Counted from the stretch's first letter, positions 21,379 to 33,548 are shown. The stretch: 35,386 bases of DNA from Macrostomum lignano (GCA_002269645.1 NIVC01004770.1:1-35386); one strand, 5' to 3'. Notes: a model not told the origin generated them from the sequence alone. Made by a program: numbers and translations.

Positions 21379-24300
21379 CCAGTTGTCGGCGGTCAGTGGC
21401 ATTGTTGGCCGTACGTAAATGCGGTTTCTCCGTAGTATTCTGCCGCTCGCCAACTTTACCAGGTAGTCGCGGTCTTTTCCGACCTCTACCACTACTCCTC
21501 TCCGTTGCCACAGTTTCGTTGTTGGCTATTGAAGAACTAAAGTCGACCCTATTCGGATTCCATCGAGGCTTCTCTTGGACTTGTTGTACTGTTGCTCCAC
21601 AGCCTCGTGAACTTCTGATGCTGTGTCCTCCGTTTGTTTAATCGTGTTGTACCATTCGGGATTAAAGCTTCTTCGATGAGCAGGAAGTGAATCTCTTGCT
21701 GGCTGTCCATACAGCATAATAGAAGGAATGCGTCCATCATACATACACTGTAGGTGTGTTTCTATAGATAAGTATTTCTTCCGCCATTTTGTCCTTGTTT
21801 ATGTCATTGTTGCGATAATCCCACGATCCTCTGATGATCTTTTTGGCTGACTTGACTGCCGCTTCGGCTCTCCCGTTGCTTTGGTGGGGGTATGGGGATG
21901 AGAATCTGGACTCGACTCCCCATCTCTTCAAAAAGTTACCAAATGCGCTGGCCTTGAACTGAGGACCTGAGTCTGACCAGAACAATTCCGGTACAGCTGT
22001 CTGACAAAATAGCTCACGGCACGCGTTAATCAGCTTGTAAATCGGAGCATTTTGTCCGAAGTTCCATACGTTGATCCATCCAGAGTATCCGTCCACTATC
22101 ACTAGTAATTGCCTGCCGCGGTGTTCACAAAAGTCGGCATGAACTTCCTGGAAGCACCTTGCTGGTGAAGTTCTCGGCAACATCAGTTCTCTAACCTGAT
22201 TTGGACGGGTTTCTTGGCATGCTTTGCATTGCTTTATAGTGTCATCGATCTGACGTTCCATGCTGGGCCAATAGACGACCATTCTTGCTCTTGCTTTGGT
22301 CTTAGTAGCACCTTGGTGACTTGAATGTATGTTCTCAAAACTTCTTTTCGCATTTCTTTAGGGATGATACACCGGCATCCATTGAGAACGACTCCGTTTT
22401 CGACGACAAGCTTATGTCTAATGTGCCAGTACGGTCTTAGATTAACTGGAAGATTAGCTTTATCGTTCGGGAATCCATTCTCTATTACTTGGATGAGCTC
22501 TTGCATTTCTGTGTCTTTCTTTACGTGTTCTTGTATTCTCTTCATGTTAAAGTCCATTTCCGTATCTTCCATTACCATGGTCAACAAATTCACACTACTT
22601 AGAGCTTGATTCTAATCAATCTGATCTTCTTCAGTTGCATTTGCAATCGGAGCTCTTGATAGTGCATCGGCATCTACATTGTCTTTACCTCGTACCCATT
22701 TTGCTTCATAGTTGTAGCGATTAAGCTTGGCACGAAGGCGCTGCAACCTCGGGTTTTCGATTTGGTCTAGTTTGTAGCCGTTTAATATCGGAATAAGTGG
22801 CTTGTGGTCAGTCACGATTTAAAATGAATCGAGTTCTTCTAAAAACGAGCGACATTTTTGCGAAGCCCACACAATTGCTAGCAACTCGAGCTCGATCATA
22901 GCATTTCGCGTCTCCGCGTCAGCCAGAAACCGTGAGCCCGCCTGAATCATTCGCCAGGCGCCGTCAGGTTGTTGCTGCTTGAGAACAAATCCGAGTCCCT
23001 TCAACCTTGATGCGTCGGTGTGCAGTGCGATTGGCTTCGTGTGATCGTAGTATGCCAATGATGGGACTTTAGACAGATGGATTCGTGCCTTATCGAAGGC
23101 TTTTTGGTGCTCCTCGTTCCAGATGAATGAATTCTTCGCGCTCAGTAGAGGTTTTAATATCGAGGTACATTCTGCGATCGAATCTGTGAATGGTCCTATT
23201 TGATTCACTTGGCCCATAAATGCGCGTAATTCTGTAATATTTGATGGCTCAGGGAATTGAGCAATGGCTGCTGTCATGTCAGGGTCTACCTGATAGCACT
23301 TTAGTGTAAGGATAAATCCAGCAAACTTTACATTTTTCTTGGCGAAGACAATTTTTTTTATTCAATGATATTCCACTCTCGTCACACCGATAAAGAAATT
23401 CGCGAACAGCTTGGATTTGGCTTTCGTAGTCGGCGCTTGCGATTACGCAGTCATCCACAATGTGGCGAGTATCTTTCAAGCCCTGTAGAACACTATCCAG
23501 TCTCTTTTTGTAATATTCTGAGATAGAGCTGATCCCGAAAGGTGCCATTCTGAACATGTATCTTCCATAAGGAGTAATAAATGTTGTCAGTGGCATACTG
23601 TACTCGTGGAGTGATACTTGATGGTATCCTTTCAATGCATCAACAACTGTAAACCATTCTGCGTTGGATACATTGGTGCTGGCCACAACTTCCAGTGGTG
23701 TTGGTGATTGGTATCGAGGTCTCAGAACGTATTTGTTTATCTCTATAAAATCCACGCAAAGACGAATTAGGTCAGTGCCCTTCTTCGGGGCTACGACTAT
23801 TGGAGCGCACCAGGGTGTCGGCTCTGTTATTTTGCAGATAATTTGCTGTCTTTCCAAGGCATCGAGTTCGTTTTTAAGTTTTTCATGCAGTGGCAGTGGT
23901 AGCCGGCGTGGCGTCTCCATGGAAAATGGGATCGCGTCCTCTTTGAGCACAATTGAAAATTTTTCGCCCTTCATCGGCCGAATTACTCCGTCGAAGACCC
24001 TCGGGAATTCTTGGATCAAATCCAGTTCTGTATGCTTTCTTCCGTCATTCGGATTCCCAGTTTTCTACAGCTCTGCCAGGACAGCACTGGCGCGACCAAG
24101 TTCTTCAGCACATGAATCCTTGTCGCTGCGTGCTTCCCGTTCAGCATTATTGTGGCGGAGAAATTGCCGTTACTCTTAATGAACTGTCCACTGGCTGATT
24201 TAGGAAATATGGCGTCATGCCTTAGTTGTGCAATACGGATGCGGAGCTTTTTGAAATCGCATTCTCGGATTGCATCGATATTGGATCCCGTATCGGGCAT

Positions 24301-25312
24301 CATTTCCAGCTGCTCCCCATTTATCGAGACTACTACTGTTGGGGTTGCGGGTTCAAAGTTGACATTCTCGGTGGTTGCCTTTTATCCGGATGACCAGTGC
24401 TGCGACTGGACCGGCACATGGAACCAAAATGTCCAATGCGACCGCAGTTAAAGCACTTCTTGTCCTTGGCGAGACATTCTGAGCGCTGATATCGCCCTTT
24501 ACCACAGGCAGTGCATTTCTTTGCTTCTGGAGTCTTTGATCGAGCCCCACCTGGAATTTTTCCTCGATGTTTGCGCACTATGGACACCTGTGAAGCTGTG
24601 CAGATTTCATTTTTTGGATCTCTCAGGCTTCCTCTGATCTGCATATTGTCAGCGCGTCAGCGAGAGAGAGATCTGGCTGTGCTAATAGACGCTTGATTGT
24701 CTCCGGATTTCGTACTCCTAGCACAAGTTTATCCCTCAGTAGGTCGTCGGAATGCTTACAGAACTTACATGTTCGCATCAGGTCCCTCAATTGCATGACA
24801 TAGTCGTTAAAATTTTCTCCGACATTTTGTTGCCGTTTCCAGAACCTGTTCCTCTCTACGATGATATTAACCTGTCGGAGTACGTGATCTCTGATGGAAT
24901 TCATGACGACCTCAGGGTACTTGAATTGTTGATCCGTCAGAGGTAGATTCTTATCCTTCGAGAAGGTAGCAGATGTAAATGCGTTCAACATGCAAGCTCG
25001 TCGAGCTGCCATTTTCTTCTTAGTTACGTGGATGCTGTCTGATTCCTCGTGCTGGATGTTAACTGCATCGAAGTATGCCTCAAGAGTCGCTCTCCAAGCG
25101 TCGAAATCATCGATCGTATCCACTGATAGGTCTAGTCGAGAGATGTGCAAACTAGGCAGAGATAGTTTCAGCTCAGCTTGTCCAGTTGGTGAGATATTTT
25201 CTGCTGATGCTGCTGCTGATGATGCTGCTGATGCTGCTGATGATCGTTCCGACTTTTCTGGCTTCTGCCTTGAAGGCGATGCCGACGTAGAGCGCTGCTG
25301 CTTTGGGGGCAT
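21379..25312 (-). pseudogene. gag-pol: Element C gag-pol (several frameshifts); its last codons continue at 16085-15988
   Basis: Gag LRDKLVLGVRN; knuckle CFNCGRIGHFGSMC; PR PDTGS; RT VDALKGYHQV, PFGISS, IVDDC; RH HTDAS, IELELLAI, TDHKPL; IN CKAC, VHADF, WSDSGPQF, NGRAEAAVK. Confidence 0.92.
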
Positions 25313-25371
25313 TTTGTGGTTTTTTTGCCAGAAGCTTTAGCACACGGTTTCAGTGCCTGCTTGCGATGCCA

Positions 25372-25524
25372 TGTTATATGCTTTGGTATAATGTAACTTG
25401 GGCTGCTCTGGTGGCGAGCCAAGGAGCTTAAAACAATATATTTAATCGCCCTGCCTCTTAGCACGTAGGCGGTGGAGGTCAGGGCCATAGACATGGATGT
25501 ACTAATAAGAGTCCATCCACATCA
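25372..25524 (-). repeat. 5' LTR of element C
   Basis: 149/153 identical to 15722-15874; PBS adjacent. Confidence 0.95.
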
Positions 25525-25529
25525 AGGTC

Positions 25530-27329
25530 CTAACGCATTATGACCCCAGCAAGCCACTCGTAGTACAGACCGACGCATCATGCTATGGAGTAGGTGCTGT
25601 TCTGTCACACACGCTTAAAGACTCGGAAGAGAAGCCTATATGCTATGCATCTCGAAGTTTGTCCAAAGCGGACCGGAACTACTCTCAGATTGAGAAGGAA
25701 GGTTTAGCCATCGTGTTCGCGGTAAAGAAATTTCATCAATATCTCTATGGGCGCCCGTTTATCCTGGTAACTGATCATGAGCCTCTGGTCACGATTTTTG
25801 GGCCTAAGAACAACATACCTAGCATTGCCGCCAGCCGTTTACAAAGATGGGCAGTAATTCTTTCAGCCTACAGCTTTGAAATTCGGTACCGACGAACGGA
25901 AGACCACAGGAATGCGGATGCCTTATCCAGACTGCCCACTTCCGAATTTCAAGGAGCAGATGATGCCGTGTTCCAGAATAGGATAGACGCGCAACCGATC
26001 GACTCCAATGACTTAAAAAGAGCCACTTCGAATGACCCCTTGCTGTCGCGAGTTCTTCACTACTGCAGAGCTGGTTGGCCAGAATAAATGGAGGCAGAGT
26101 TAAGGCCATTTCATAGCCGGCGGCATGAACTGAGCGTGGAAGATGGAGTTCTATTCTGGGGAATTCGGAGAATAATTGCATCAGTATTAAGAAGTCAGCT
26201 TCTGCAGCTGCTGCATGAAGAACACCCCGGAATTATGGGCACGAAAAGTCGCTGGCAAGAATGCACATATGGTAACCCAGGCATTGATAATGATACAGAA
26301 AATTGCTTGGCTAGATGCACAGGATGTCAATCGCAACGAAACCTGCCTGCACAAGCACCGCTACAGCCTCTCAATTGGCCAGAGAAGCCATGGACTCGAC
26401 TGCACTTGGACTTTTTCGGCCCATGCTACGGATATACTTGGGTGTTGCTCGTGGACGCCACAACAAAATGGGTGGAAATCTTCCCAATGAGATCGGCGAC
26501 CACTTATAACACCATCAATAGACTCCAAGAGACGTTCGCTCGCTACAGATATCCGAAGCAGATCCTTACAGACAACGGATCCCAATTTACTGCAAAGGAG
26601 TTCAAGGACTACTTAAGGAGTCGCGGAATTGTACAAGTTCTAACATCAATTGGGCATCCACGCTCAAATGGGCAAGCCGAACGGATGGTGCAAACAGCAA
26701 AGCGAGCCTTGAGGGCTGAGATGAAGAGCAGCCATGATGCTATAGAAAGTATTAATGCCTTCTTGGCACGATACCGCATGACGCCCCATTCTACTACCGG
26801 GAAGTCAACTGCTGAAATGATGCTCAAATACTCAATACGAACCAAACTCAGCATACTTAATCCAGACACGGATCAGCGAGTCGCCGAGAAGCAGCATCAA
26901 CAGAAAATGCAGCATGATGCAAGAGCCAGTCCGAAGATCAGAGAGTTCAAGCAAGGCGACAACGTGCTAACGTTGGACTTTAGAAGACAAGCGGAGGACA
27001 AATGGGCTGTGGGAACAATCCTTCGACGCCGAGCCCCGCTATCATATCTAGTGAAGGTGGGCCCCATGGTCTGGAAGCGACATGTGGACCACATACTGCC
27101 TGCTAGTGCTGCAGAGCAACCCCAGATGATTACGGACGAGGTACTGGAACATTTAATCGGCCAGCCTCAACCCGGAGAAAAGGCAACACAGTTGGAAAAA
27201 TGTCAACCTGTTCCACAACCGGATCAAGCTACCAAGATCGTCAAGCCGTTAGTGCGTCGACGTCGCTATCAGCATGAGGACGTGCCACTAACTGAAACGC
27301 GATTGAGGCCTCGAGGAACCGTGATCTGA
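25530..27329 (+). pseudogene. pol: Element B RNase H-integrase (3' part of pol), one in-frame stop at 26085-26087
   Basis: RH: QTDAS and NYSQIEKEGLAIVFAVKKFHQYLYGRPF..TDHEPL. IN: HEEHPG..CTGC, LHLDFFGP, LTDNGSQF, NGQAERMV. Confidence 0.92.
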
Positions 27330-27458
27330 ATACTATTTTATTAAGATGCGATCTTGAAAGAAAAAGCGTACAGGGAGTTAACAATTTTTTTCACGAACTT
27401 CAGAAGAGGTACAATTGAACAAGAGATGCTCGTACAGGTGCGTTTAGCACTGGTTAAA

Positions 27459-27524
27459 CCGGAAGGAGCCAAACGAGACAAATCAGTTGCGAAAAGCTGG
27501 CAGCGGCCGAGAAAGCGGATCCCA
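27459..27524. repeat. Terminal direct repeat copy (B2-like) of the Ngaro element
   Basis: 65/66 identical to 27774-27839. Confidence 0.9.
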
Positions 27525-27773
27525 GCGGATCAAGCGAAGCGTTTGTTTATTAGTTTTAACGAGTTAATATTTATTGGTTCGTAAAAAGCAGAATAAAAAA
27601 ATTGAGAAATTGCGGCGGAGCCAAGCCCGGCCGGGTGTAGAGGCTTTAAGCTGGCCGGCGCGGCCAACACCCCCACACCTCGACCCCCCGCCAAAGTACA
27701 GCGATATGTACAGCGGCACCCTCCGGCGCGTTTAACACACCTTACGCAGAGAGTAACGATTGCATTAAACACG

Positions 27774-27839
27774 CCGGAAGGAGCCAAACGAGACAAATCA
27801 GTTGCGAAAAGCAGGCAGCGGCCGAGAAAGCGGATCCCA
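27774..27839. repeat. Internal direct repeat copy (B1-like) of the Ngaro element
   Basis: 65/66 identical to 27459-27524; lies just downstream of the YR stop. Confidence 0.9.
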
Positions 27840-27881
27840 ACCCAATGATGGGAAAGGGAAGGAGTAAAAGCGGGAAGGCAG

Positions 27882-28938
27882 TCAGGTGGACGCAGCCTGC
27901 AGCTGCGAAGCCATGAAAGAAGCAGAGCGCTGGCGGCGCGACAGGGTAGAGCTGGCAGAAAAGTAGCGAAGAACAGCGTCCAATCTCCAGCCCCCAAGAG
28001 CCCGAACGTCCGAATCTGACAAGCCGATTTGATGGCAGAAGCTGGCACCCCACGCCGGATGCTGTGGCCGGAGAAACCAGCAGCTGGAAGGCCGCACGCA
28101 GCCAGACACGCGCGAAGACAGCTGATGAACTGGCTGGCTGAGAGCTCGCCTCCGAGGCCGTAGCCAAAGAGTGGCGCCCTTGGGTCGCTGGCTGGTGACA
28201 GGTGCAGCTGAGACCGCAGAGCGCGCACAGGGCAGAGTGGTGACTCTTGAACAGGTGGCAGAAGAACGACATGCGGCGTCGACCCGAACTGGTTGGTCTT
28301 GGACTTAGGGAGGGCCAACTTCCAGCAGCCAGATGAAGCCGACAGACAGGCCGCGAGACAGGAGACAGATCGGCTGCCGCGGGTCGATAGGAAGTCGCCA
28401 AGGCGCAACATGCCCCACCAGCCCACCAAAAGAGCCGCCCAGAAGGCGGCCCTGAGATCTGCGCTTGAGATGGAGCGCGGGAGCTGTTGATGGATGCTCT
28501 TGAGGTGCTCGATGGTCAGCGGCTTCGCCTGTTTGCATCGCAGGCCCAGATGACGTTTGGCGCCGCGGAGGGCCAGCTGCACGGCGAAGTCTTTCGCTGG
28601 GTCGGGGGCGCCGGTGGCTTGGTGCAGAAAAGAGACAGCATGGACGTAGGATCTGAGGCTGGAGAAGGACCGGAGCCGAGTGCTCACCGGGTGCGCGATG
28701 TAGCGGCAGAGCAGGTCACCGTCAGCTGGAGATGAAGGGCGGTTTGCCTAACACAGAAGGCTTCCCAGGAGCGCAGCTGGCTGAGGTAGGATCGCCAGGA
28801 GTTCTCCGCCAGGCCGAGGCGGCACAGGTGTCGTCGGACACAGCGCGGGGGGCGGGCGGCTTCTCCGAAGGGCGAGGGCGACCTGCAAAAGGAGGCGAGA
28901 TTGGGAAGCGGCAGAGAGCGCGTGCGACGTGAACTCAA
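27882..28938 (-). pseudogene. Tyrosine recombinase of the Ngaro element, frameshifted
   Basis: N-terminal LAENSWRSY. Catalytic pattern GMLRLGD (R), PKSKTNQ (K), GHSIRRG (HxxR), GGWRLDAVLRY (W, Y), spread over three overlapping ORFs. Confidence 0.9.
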
Positions 28939-29400
28939 GCGGGCAGATCACGAGCGTACGGTAGTTGCGGCAACAAAAGTTAATGAGCTCAGACTGCGAG
29001 GCAAACATGCGGGAGGCGGCATCAGAAAAAATCTGCATGCGACCAGGAAGGCGAAAGGCCTCCAAACTGATGCTGTTCCTGATGCACAGCAGAGCCACAG
29101 TCTGGTACACCTGCAGGAACCGCGGGTCACGACAGCTCAGCCGATTGATCATGCCAGCCGATGCGGTGCTGTCGGCGTAGATGACTTTTTGCAGTTCTTT
29201 AGCTGAGAGCGACGGTGCAGGATGATCCGAAAAGGTGCCAGAGCCTCCTTGAAGTTGATATGAACATTCGTGAATACACCACCGCAGTCCAGCTCCCAGT
29301 CGATGACACTCCAGAAACTCTCGGCACCCCAGATGATTGCGGCTGCGCCTGACCGGCTGCTGTCAGTCTCCATGGCAAACTCCTCATCAACGCGCGGCCA
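28748..29400 (-). pseudogene. RNase H of the Ngaro element (overlaps YR)
   Basis: ETDSSRSG, HINFKEALA, IYADSTAS-like segment, RLPGRMQIFSDAASR (DIRS/Ngaro RH pattern). Confidence 0.75.
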
Positions 29401-29405
29401 CAAAG

Positions 29406-29612
29406 TGTTAAGTTTTGGCCGAAGAATGATAACAAATTCAAAGACAACTTTTATGAGCAGCCCTTGGCTTGCTACTTTCTATAACGTTCGCTCGCTCACG
29501 AGCATAGCTTATGCTTCTCGATGTCGTGGTCTATCAAACGGAACGAGTTTGTAACCATAGACATACAGCCACAAAGTAAATTCAGTTATAGCTAAGAGCT
29601 CGATAGCTCAAA
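29406..29612 (-). repeat. 3' LTR of element F (41-bp internal deletion)
   Basis: Matches 33301-33548 except for loss of 33391-33431 and a few small differences. Confidence 0.92.
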
Positions 29613-29633
29613 CTCCTCCACGGTAGATAGAGT

Positions 29634-32600
29634 TTACGTAGGTACACCTAGAAATCGGTATTGCAGTCTGTCAGGTGTTCGTCTAGCTCGCTGACTCCGT
29701 CGAACCCTTGGTGCTTCAATGTCTTGGGGCTCCGGGTCTTCGTCAATCGGAGCTGAAACATCTGCTGCCGGTGTTGGGTCCTCCGTCACCCTTGGCTTCA
29801 CCTGCTCAGGTGGCGTCGGCATTGTCGTCCATCGCTAAACTCCACGTCGACAACCACGTTGCTTTGCGGGAAATGATCTCTCCCTCTCTCCATTTTGCTG
29901 TCTCGCAGGAGATTTTCCCGTAGTTGCGTGCTTCGCATTTCTGTACTGCAAGAGATATTGGTCAATGCACGTTTGAAGATCAGTCTCACTAGAAGCTCTT
30001 ACATGGTTTTTCAAATCGCGCACAAATATCTCAGCCAGTCCATTTGATCTCGGGTGGTATGGAGGGGCGAGCACGTGGTGGCACTGAATTCCTTTCAGCC
30101 AGCCCTCCATCTCCGCAGAAATGAACTGAGGTCCATTGTCTGACACGATAGTCGCTGGTACTCCCTCCTGGGCGAATGTCCGCCGTAGTCGCTTGATTGT
30201 TTCTGTGCTCGAAGTACTCCTGGTGACATGAACCTCGGCCCACTTGCTGTAGGCGTCTAGCATCACTAGAAGGTAGTTGCCTCTGGGTAGAGGTCCGGCG
30301 TAGTCAACATGGACTCGTGCCCACCTTTCAGTCTCGTCTGGCCAAGAAGTCCAGTGTCGAGTAATGCCGTGGTCTTTGTTTTGTTGGCACGAAGAGCATC
30401 GCTTATAGAACTCGACGATGTCGCGATCAATTTTCAGCCACCAGACACACTGCCTGGCTATCGACTTCATCTTGTCAGGCCCGATGTGACCGTCATGAAG
30501 CAGCCGTAGAACCGCTTGTCGCTCTTGACTCGGTACCAACAGGCGAATTCCTCGGTAGAGTAGTCGATCTTCAATCACCAGCTCGTTCCGATACGAGTGG
30601 TACTGCTGAAGTTTTTCCGATACAGGTGTTTTCCAACCGTGCTTTACTAAACCGAAAAGCTTTCTTGTTTCCCTATCACCCTTGGATTGCCACCTTAGTC
30701 GGTTCTTGTTGATCGGTATTGCTACGATGCATTCTTGTACGGAGCTGACGTCGAATTGCTCTTGCTCTGCGGTGCTAGTCTTGAGACGAGATAGAGCATC
30801 CGCCACTGTATCTCCTCAGATCGTTTGCACTCTATAGAGTAGTCGTATCCCATCAGTGCTACCGCCCACCGTTGCACTCGAGCTGCTGCGACGGTAGAAA
30901 GTGCTCGCTTCGGATCAAATATGAACTTTAACGGGTGGTGATCGGTGCGCAGTATGAACTTGCGGCCAAAGAGATACTTGTGTAACCGCTTAACTGACTA
31001 TACTATAGCGAGTGCTTCCCTCTCAATCTGTGCGTAGTTTCGCTCTGCTGATGTCAGTGTTTTAGAAATGAACATCACTGGTCCTGCTTCTTGTTCCAAC
31101 ACGGCTCCAAATCCTGAAGGTGACGCATCAGTCGTGAGCCAGATGTTTCCCGTCGGGTCAAACGGCTTCAGGTGCACTGCGTTAAGGAGTCGCTCTTTGA
31201 TATTGTTGAATGCTTCTTTCTCCCCTTCCCCCAGGACCATTTGACGCCGGTTCTCGTCAGGTTGGTCAAGGGTTCCTTCAAGCTCGCTAGGTTAGGGATG
31301 CATCGAGCGTAGAACTCCACCATTCCGATGAAGGACATCAGTTGTTTTGCATCCGTCGGTTCGCCCAAGCCAGCAATCGCCTCGACTTTCTTCTTTGGAG
31401 GTCTGATTCCGTTGTCGCTGATCTCAAAACCAAGGAAGACTATTGACCGCTGATTGAAAACGCGCTTGTCCTATTGATGTTTAAACCGTTCTGTTTAAAT
31501 AACTTGAAGAACTTTTGACAGTCTTTCATCATGGTCAGCCTGATTGGCGCCCCACACTAGGATGTCATCCTGGTACGAGATAACTCCGTCAAGGTTAAGC
31601 AGAAGCTTGTCCATGAAAGTTTGGAAGATGGCAGGAGCCTGTTTCACACCGTATACCAGAGCAGTCGGCCTGTACAAGCCAAATGGGGTGCTCCAGGTCT
31701 GCATCACGCTGCTCCACTGGAACCTGCAGATAGGCATTGGTGAGATCTAGGGTGGAAAACCGTTTAGCCTTGCCCAGCCGGGACAGTACCTCGTCAATCG
31801 AAGGCGTTGAAGAAATCATGTCCTTGAGTCTGGGGTTCAAGGTCACTTTGTAGTCTCCGCAGATCCTGATTTTCCCGGATTGCTTGCGCACGCAGACTAT
31901 AGGAGTCGCCCAGTCGCTCGATTCCACTTTCTTCAACTGGCCCTCCCGCTCCATGCGGTGCAGCTCCACCTTGACGTCGTCTGCTAAGCCAAAAGGGATC
32001 TGTCTGGGCTTCACGAAAATCGGTTGCGTTCCGCTTTCGATCTCTAGAGACGCACACGGGTTCTTGCCATTGGCACTGTTATCATTTATGCTGCTTACTG
32101 GACCGTTAACTCGGCAGAGACAATTGTAGAGTTCGGGTTCTACGCTCGTAGTACGGACAACCAGTCGAGACCGTAGATTGATTCGGAATTTGGCCGGTCC
32201 GCCACGAAAAGCGGTAGCCTTGCATGTTGCCCGTTGTGTTCGACGCTTACTTCTGCCTCCCCACGTAGGCTTACTTGGTCTCCTTGGTAGGCGGCGAATC
32301 GTCGTGGCGTTGGCTTCAGCTCCGCTTCGGCTGGGAGTCGCTCAAAGGCACTGTTGGACATGTATGATGCAGAAGATCCAGTGTCCAGAATCATCTTGAC
32401 CTCTAATCCGTTGACTATTAGGCTCCTCACGATCCTGGAACCCTCAGGCCCAGAGTGCGGGAGTCTGCAGCACTGAAGTGTAAAGATGCGATCATCTTGG
32501 TCATCAGCGTCGTCTATCAGCCGAACGCCTGCTTGTTTGTCCGTTCCGCATCCAGGCCCCTTGGACCTGCAGACTGTTTTGAGGTGTCCTGGCTTGCCAC

Positions 32601-33300
32601 AGTTCAAGCAGGACTTTGTTCGATGCTGACAGGTTTGCTTTGAGTGTCCACAGCAAAAGCATTTAACCTCGCATCGTCCGCCCTTTTTGCCGCTTTTAGA
32701 ACCGTTTTCATGTCGAGTTGTCTTCGTAGGTTTCCCATGACCCGCGTGCCCTTGACTCACGAATAGCACTTCGCCTCCAGCGATTTGTTTTTCTCCTCGG
32801 CTGACGCTTCACAGCGCTGGCGAGCGAGATTACCCTCTCAAAGGTGAGATCTGACGCCTTTTCATCAGTAGCTTCCTGACGATATTCTTGTTCGCCAGGC
32901 CAAACACGAACTGATCTCTCAGCCGCTCGTTGGTCTGAGAAGTTGCAGTTCTCCGCCATGTGACGCAGTAGTCTGGCGTACGCAGGTGCGTCCTCACCGC
33001 TGTCTTGCTTCAGGTGATGGAAGGCGTATCGGTGTGCGATCTCGGACTTTGTTGCTAGAGTTTCCAAGACGAGAAGATCCTTTAACTCGTCGTAGCTCTT
33101 GTCCTCGGCTTTCCCGGGAGAGTCGCATCAGACAGCAGGCCGAAGGCTTTCTTGCCCATCTGTGCGATGAGGGCGAACTTCATGGTGTCGTCCTCCCATT
33201 TGTTGATTTTCTCCACCGCCTCGAACCTTTAAAACCATCGCCCGATGTCCACTGGAGAGTCGGTCTCCAAGGGCTCGATTTGACCAGCCGTCGTCGCCAG
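29634..33300 (-). pseudogene. gag-pol: Element F gag-pol, frameshifted
   Basis: Gag ETLATKSEIAHRYAF..LRHMAENCNF; knuckle CLNCGKPGHLKTVC; PR ILDTGS; RT IRICGDYK, LDLTNAYLQ, SYQDDIL; RH TTDASP, NYAQIEREALAI; IN HDGHIG..CSSC, VHVDYAGP, VSDNGPQF, NGLAE. Confidence 0.92.
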
Positions 33301-33548
33301 TGTTAAGTTTTGGCCGAAGAATGATAACAAATTCAAAGACAACTTTTATGAGCAGCCCTTGGCTTGCTACTTTCTATAACGTTCCTCGCTCTATAAGCGA
33401 GGTGTTTTGGAACCTTTTATTTTATACCGCTTACGAGCATAGTTATGCTTCTCGATGTCGTGGTCTGTATCAAACGGAACGAGTTTGTAACCATAGACAT
33501 ACAGCCACAAAGTAAATTCAGTTATAGCTAAGAGCTCGATAACTCACA
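33301..33548 (-). repeat. 5' LTR of element F
   Basis: TG...CA bounded, adjacent to the PBS, and contains TATAAAATAAAA on the sense strand. Confidence 0.92.

Larger units (their letters stand above)
15722..25524 (-). mobile_element. Full-length Gypsy LTR retrotransposon C inserted in RT/RH of B, itself interrupted by D
   Basis: 153-bp LTRs at 15722-15874 and 25372-25524 (4 mismatches). TSD AGGTC at 15717-21 and 25525-29. PBS-like TGGCATCGCAAGCAGG from 25371. PPT GAAAGGGGAGA at 15885-15875. Confidence 0.95.
13254..27329 (+). mobile_element. Gypsy (Mag-like) LTR retrotransposon B, interrupted by element C; 3' LTR not found
   Basis: 5' LTR, PBS, gag with two CCHC knuckles, PR and RT run up to 15721; RH and IN resume at 25525/25530. 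Excising 15722-25529 restores SSDEV-LTHYDPSKPLVVQTDAS. Confidence 0.92.
29406..33548 (-). mobile_element. Full-length Gypsy (Mag-like) LTR retrotransposon F inserted between RT and RH of the Ngaro element
   Basis: LTRs at 29406-29612 (207 bp) and 33301-33548 (248 bp). TSD CAAAG at 29401-05 and 33549-53. PBS TGGCGACGAC at 33299-33290. PPT-like TGGAGGAG at 29620-29613. Confidence 0.94.

Noticed and set aside
25200-25246. (GCT/GAT)n run
   Set aside because: It encodes the Ser/Ala low-complexity linker at the N-terminus of element C gag and is not a separate feature.
27330-27458. Candidate PPT or 3' LTR of element B
   Set aside because: There is no match to the 13254-13452 LTR and no clear polypurine tract next to a TG. 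Its origin is unresolved.
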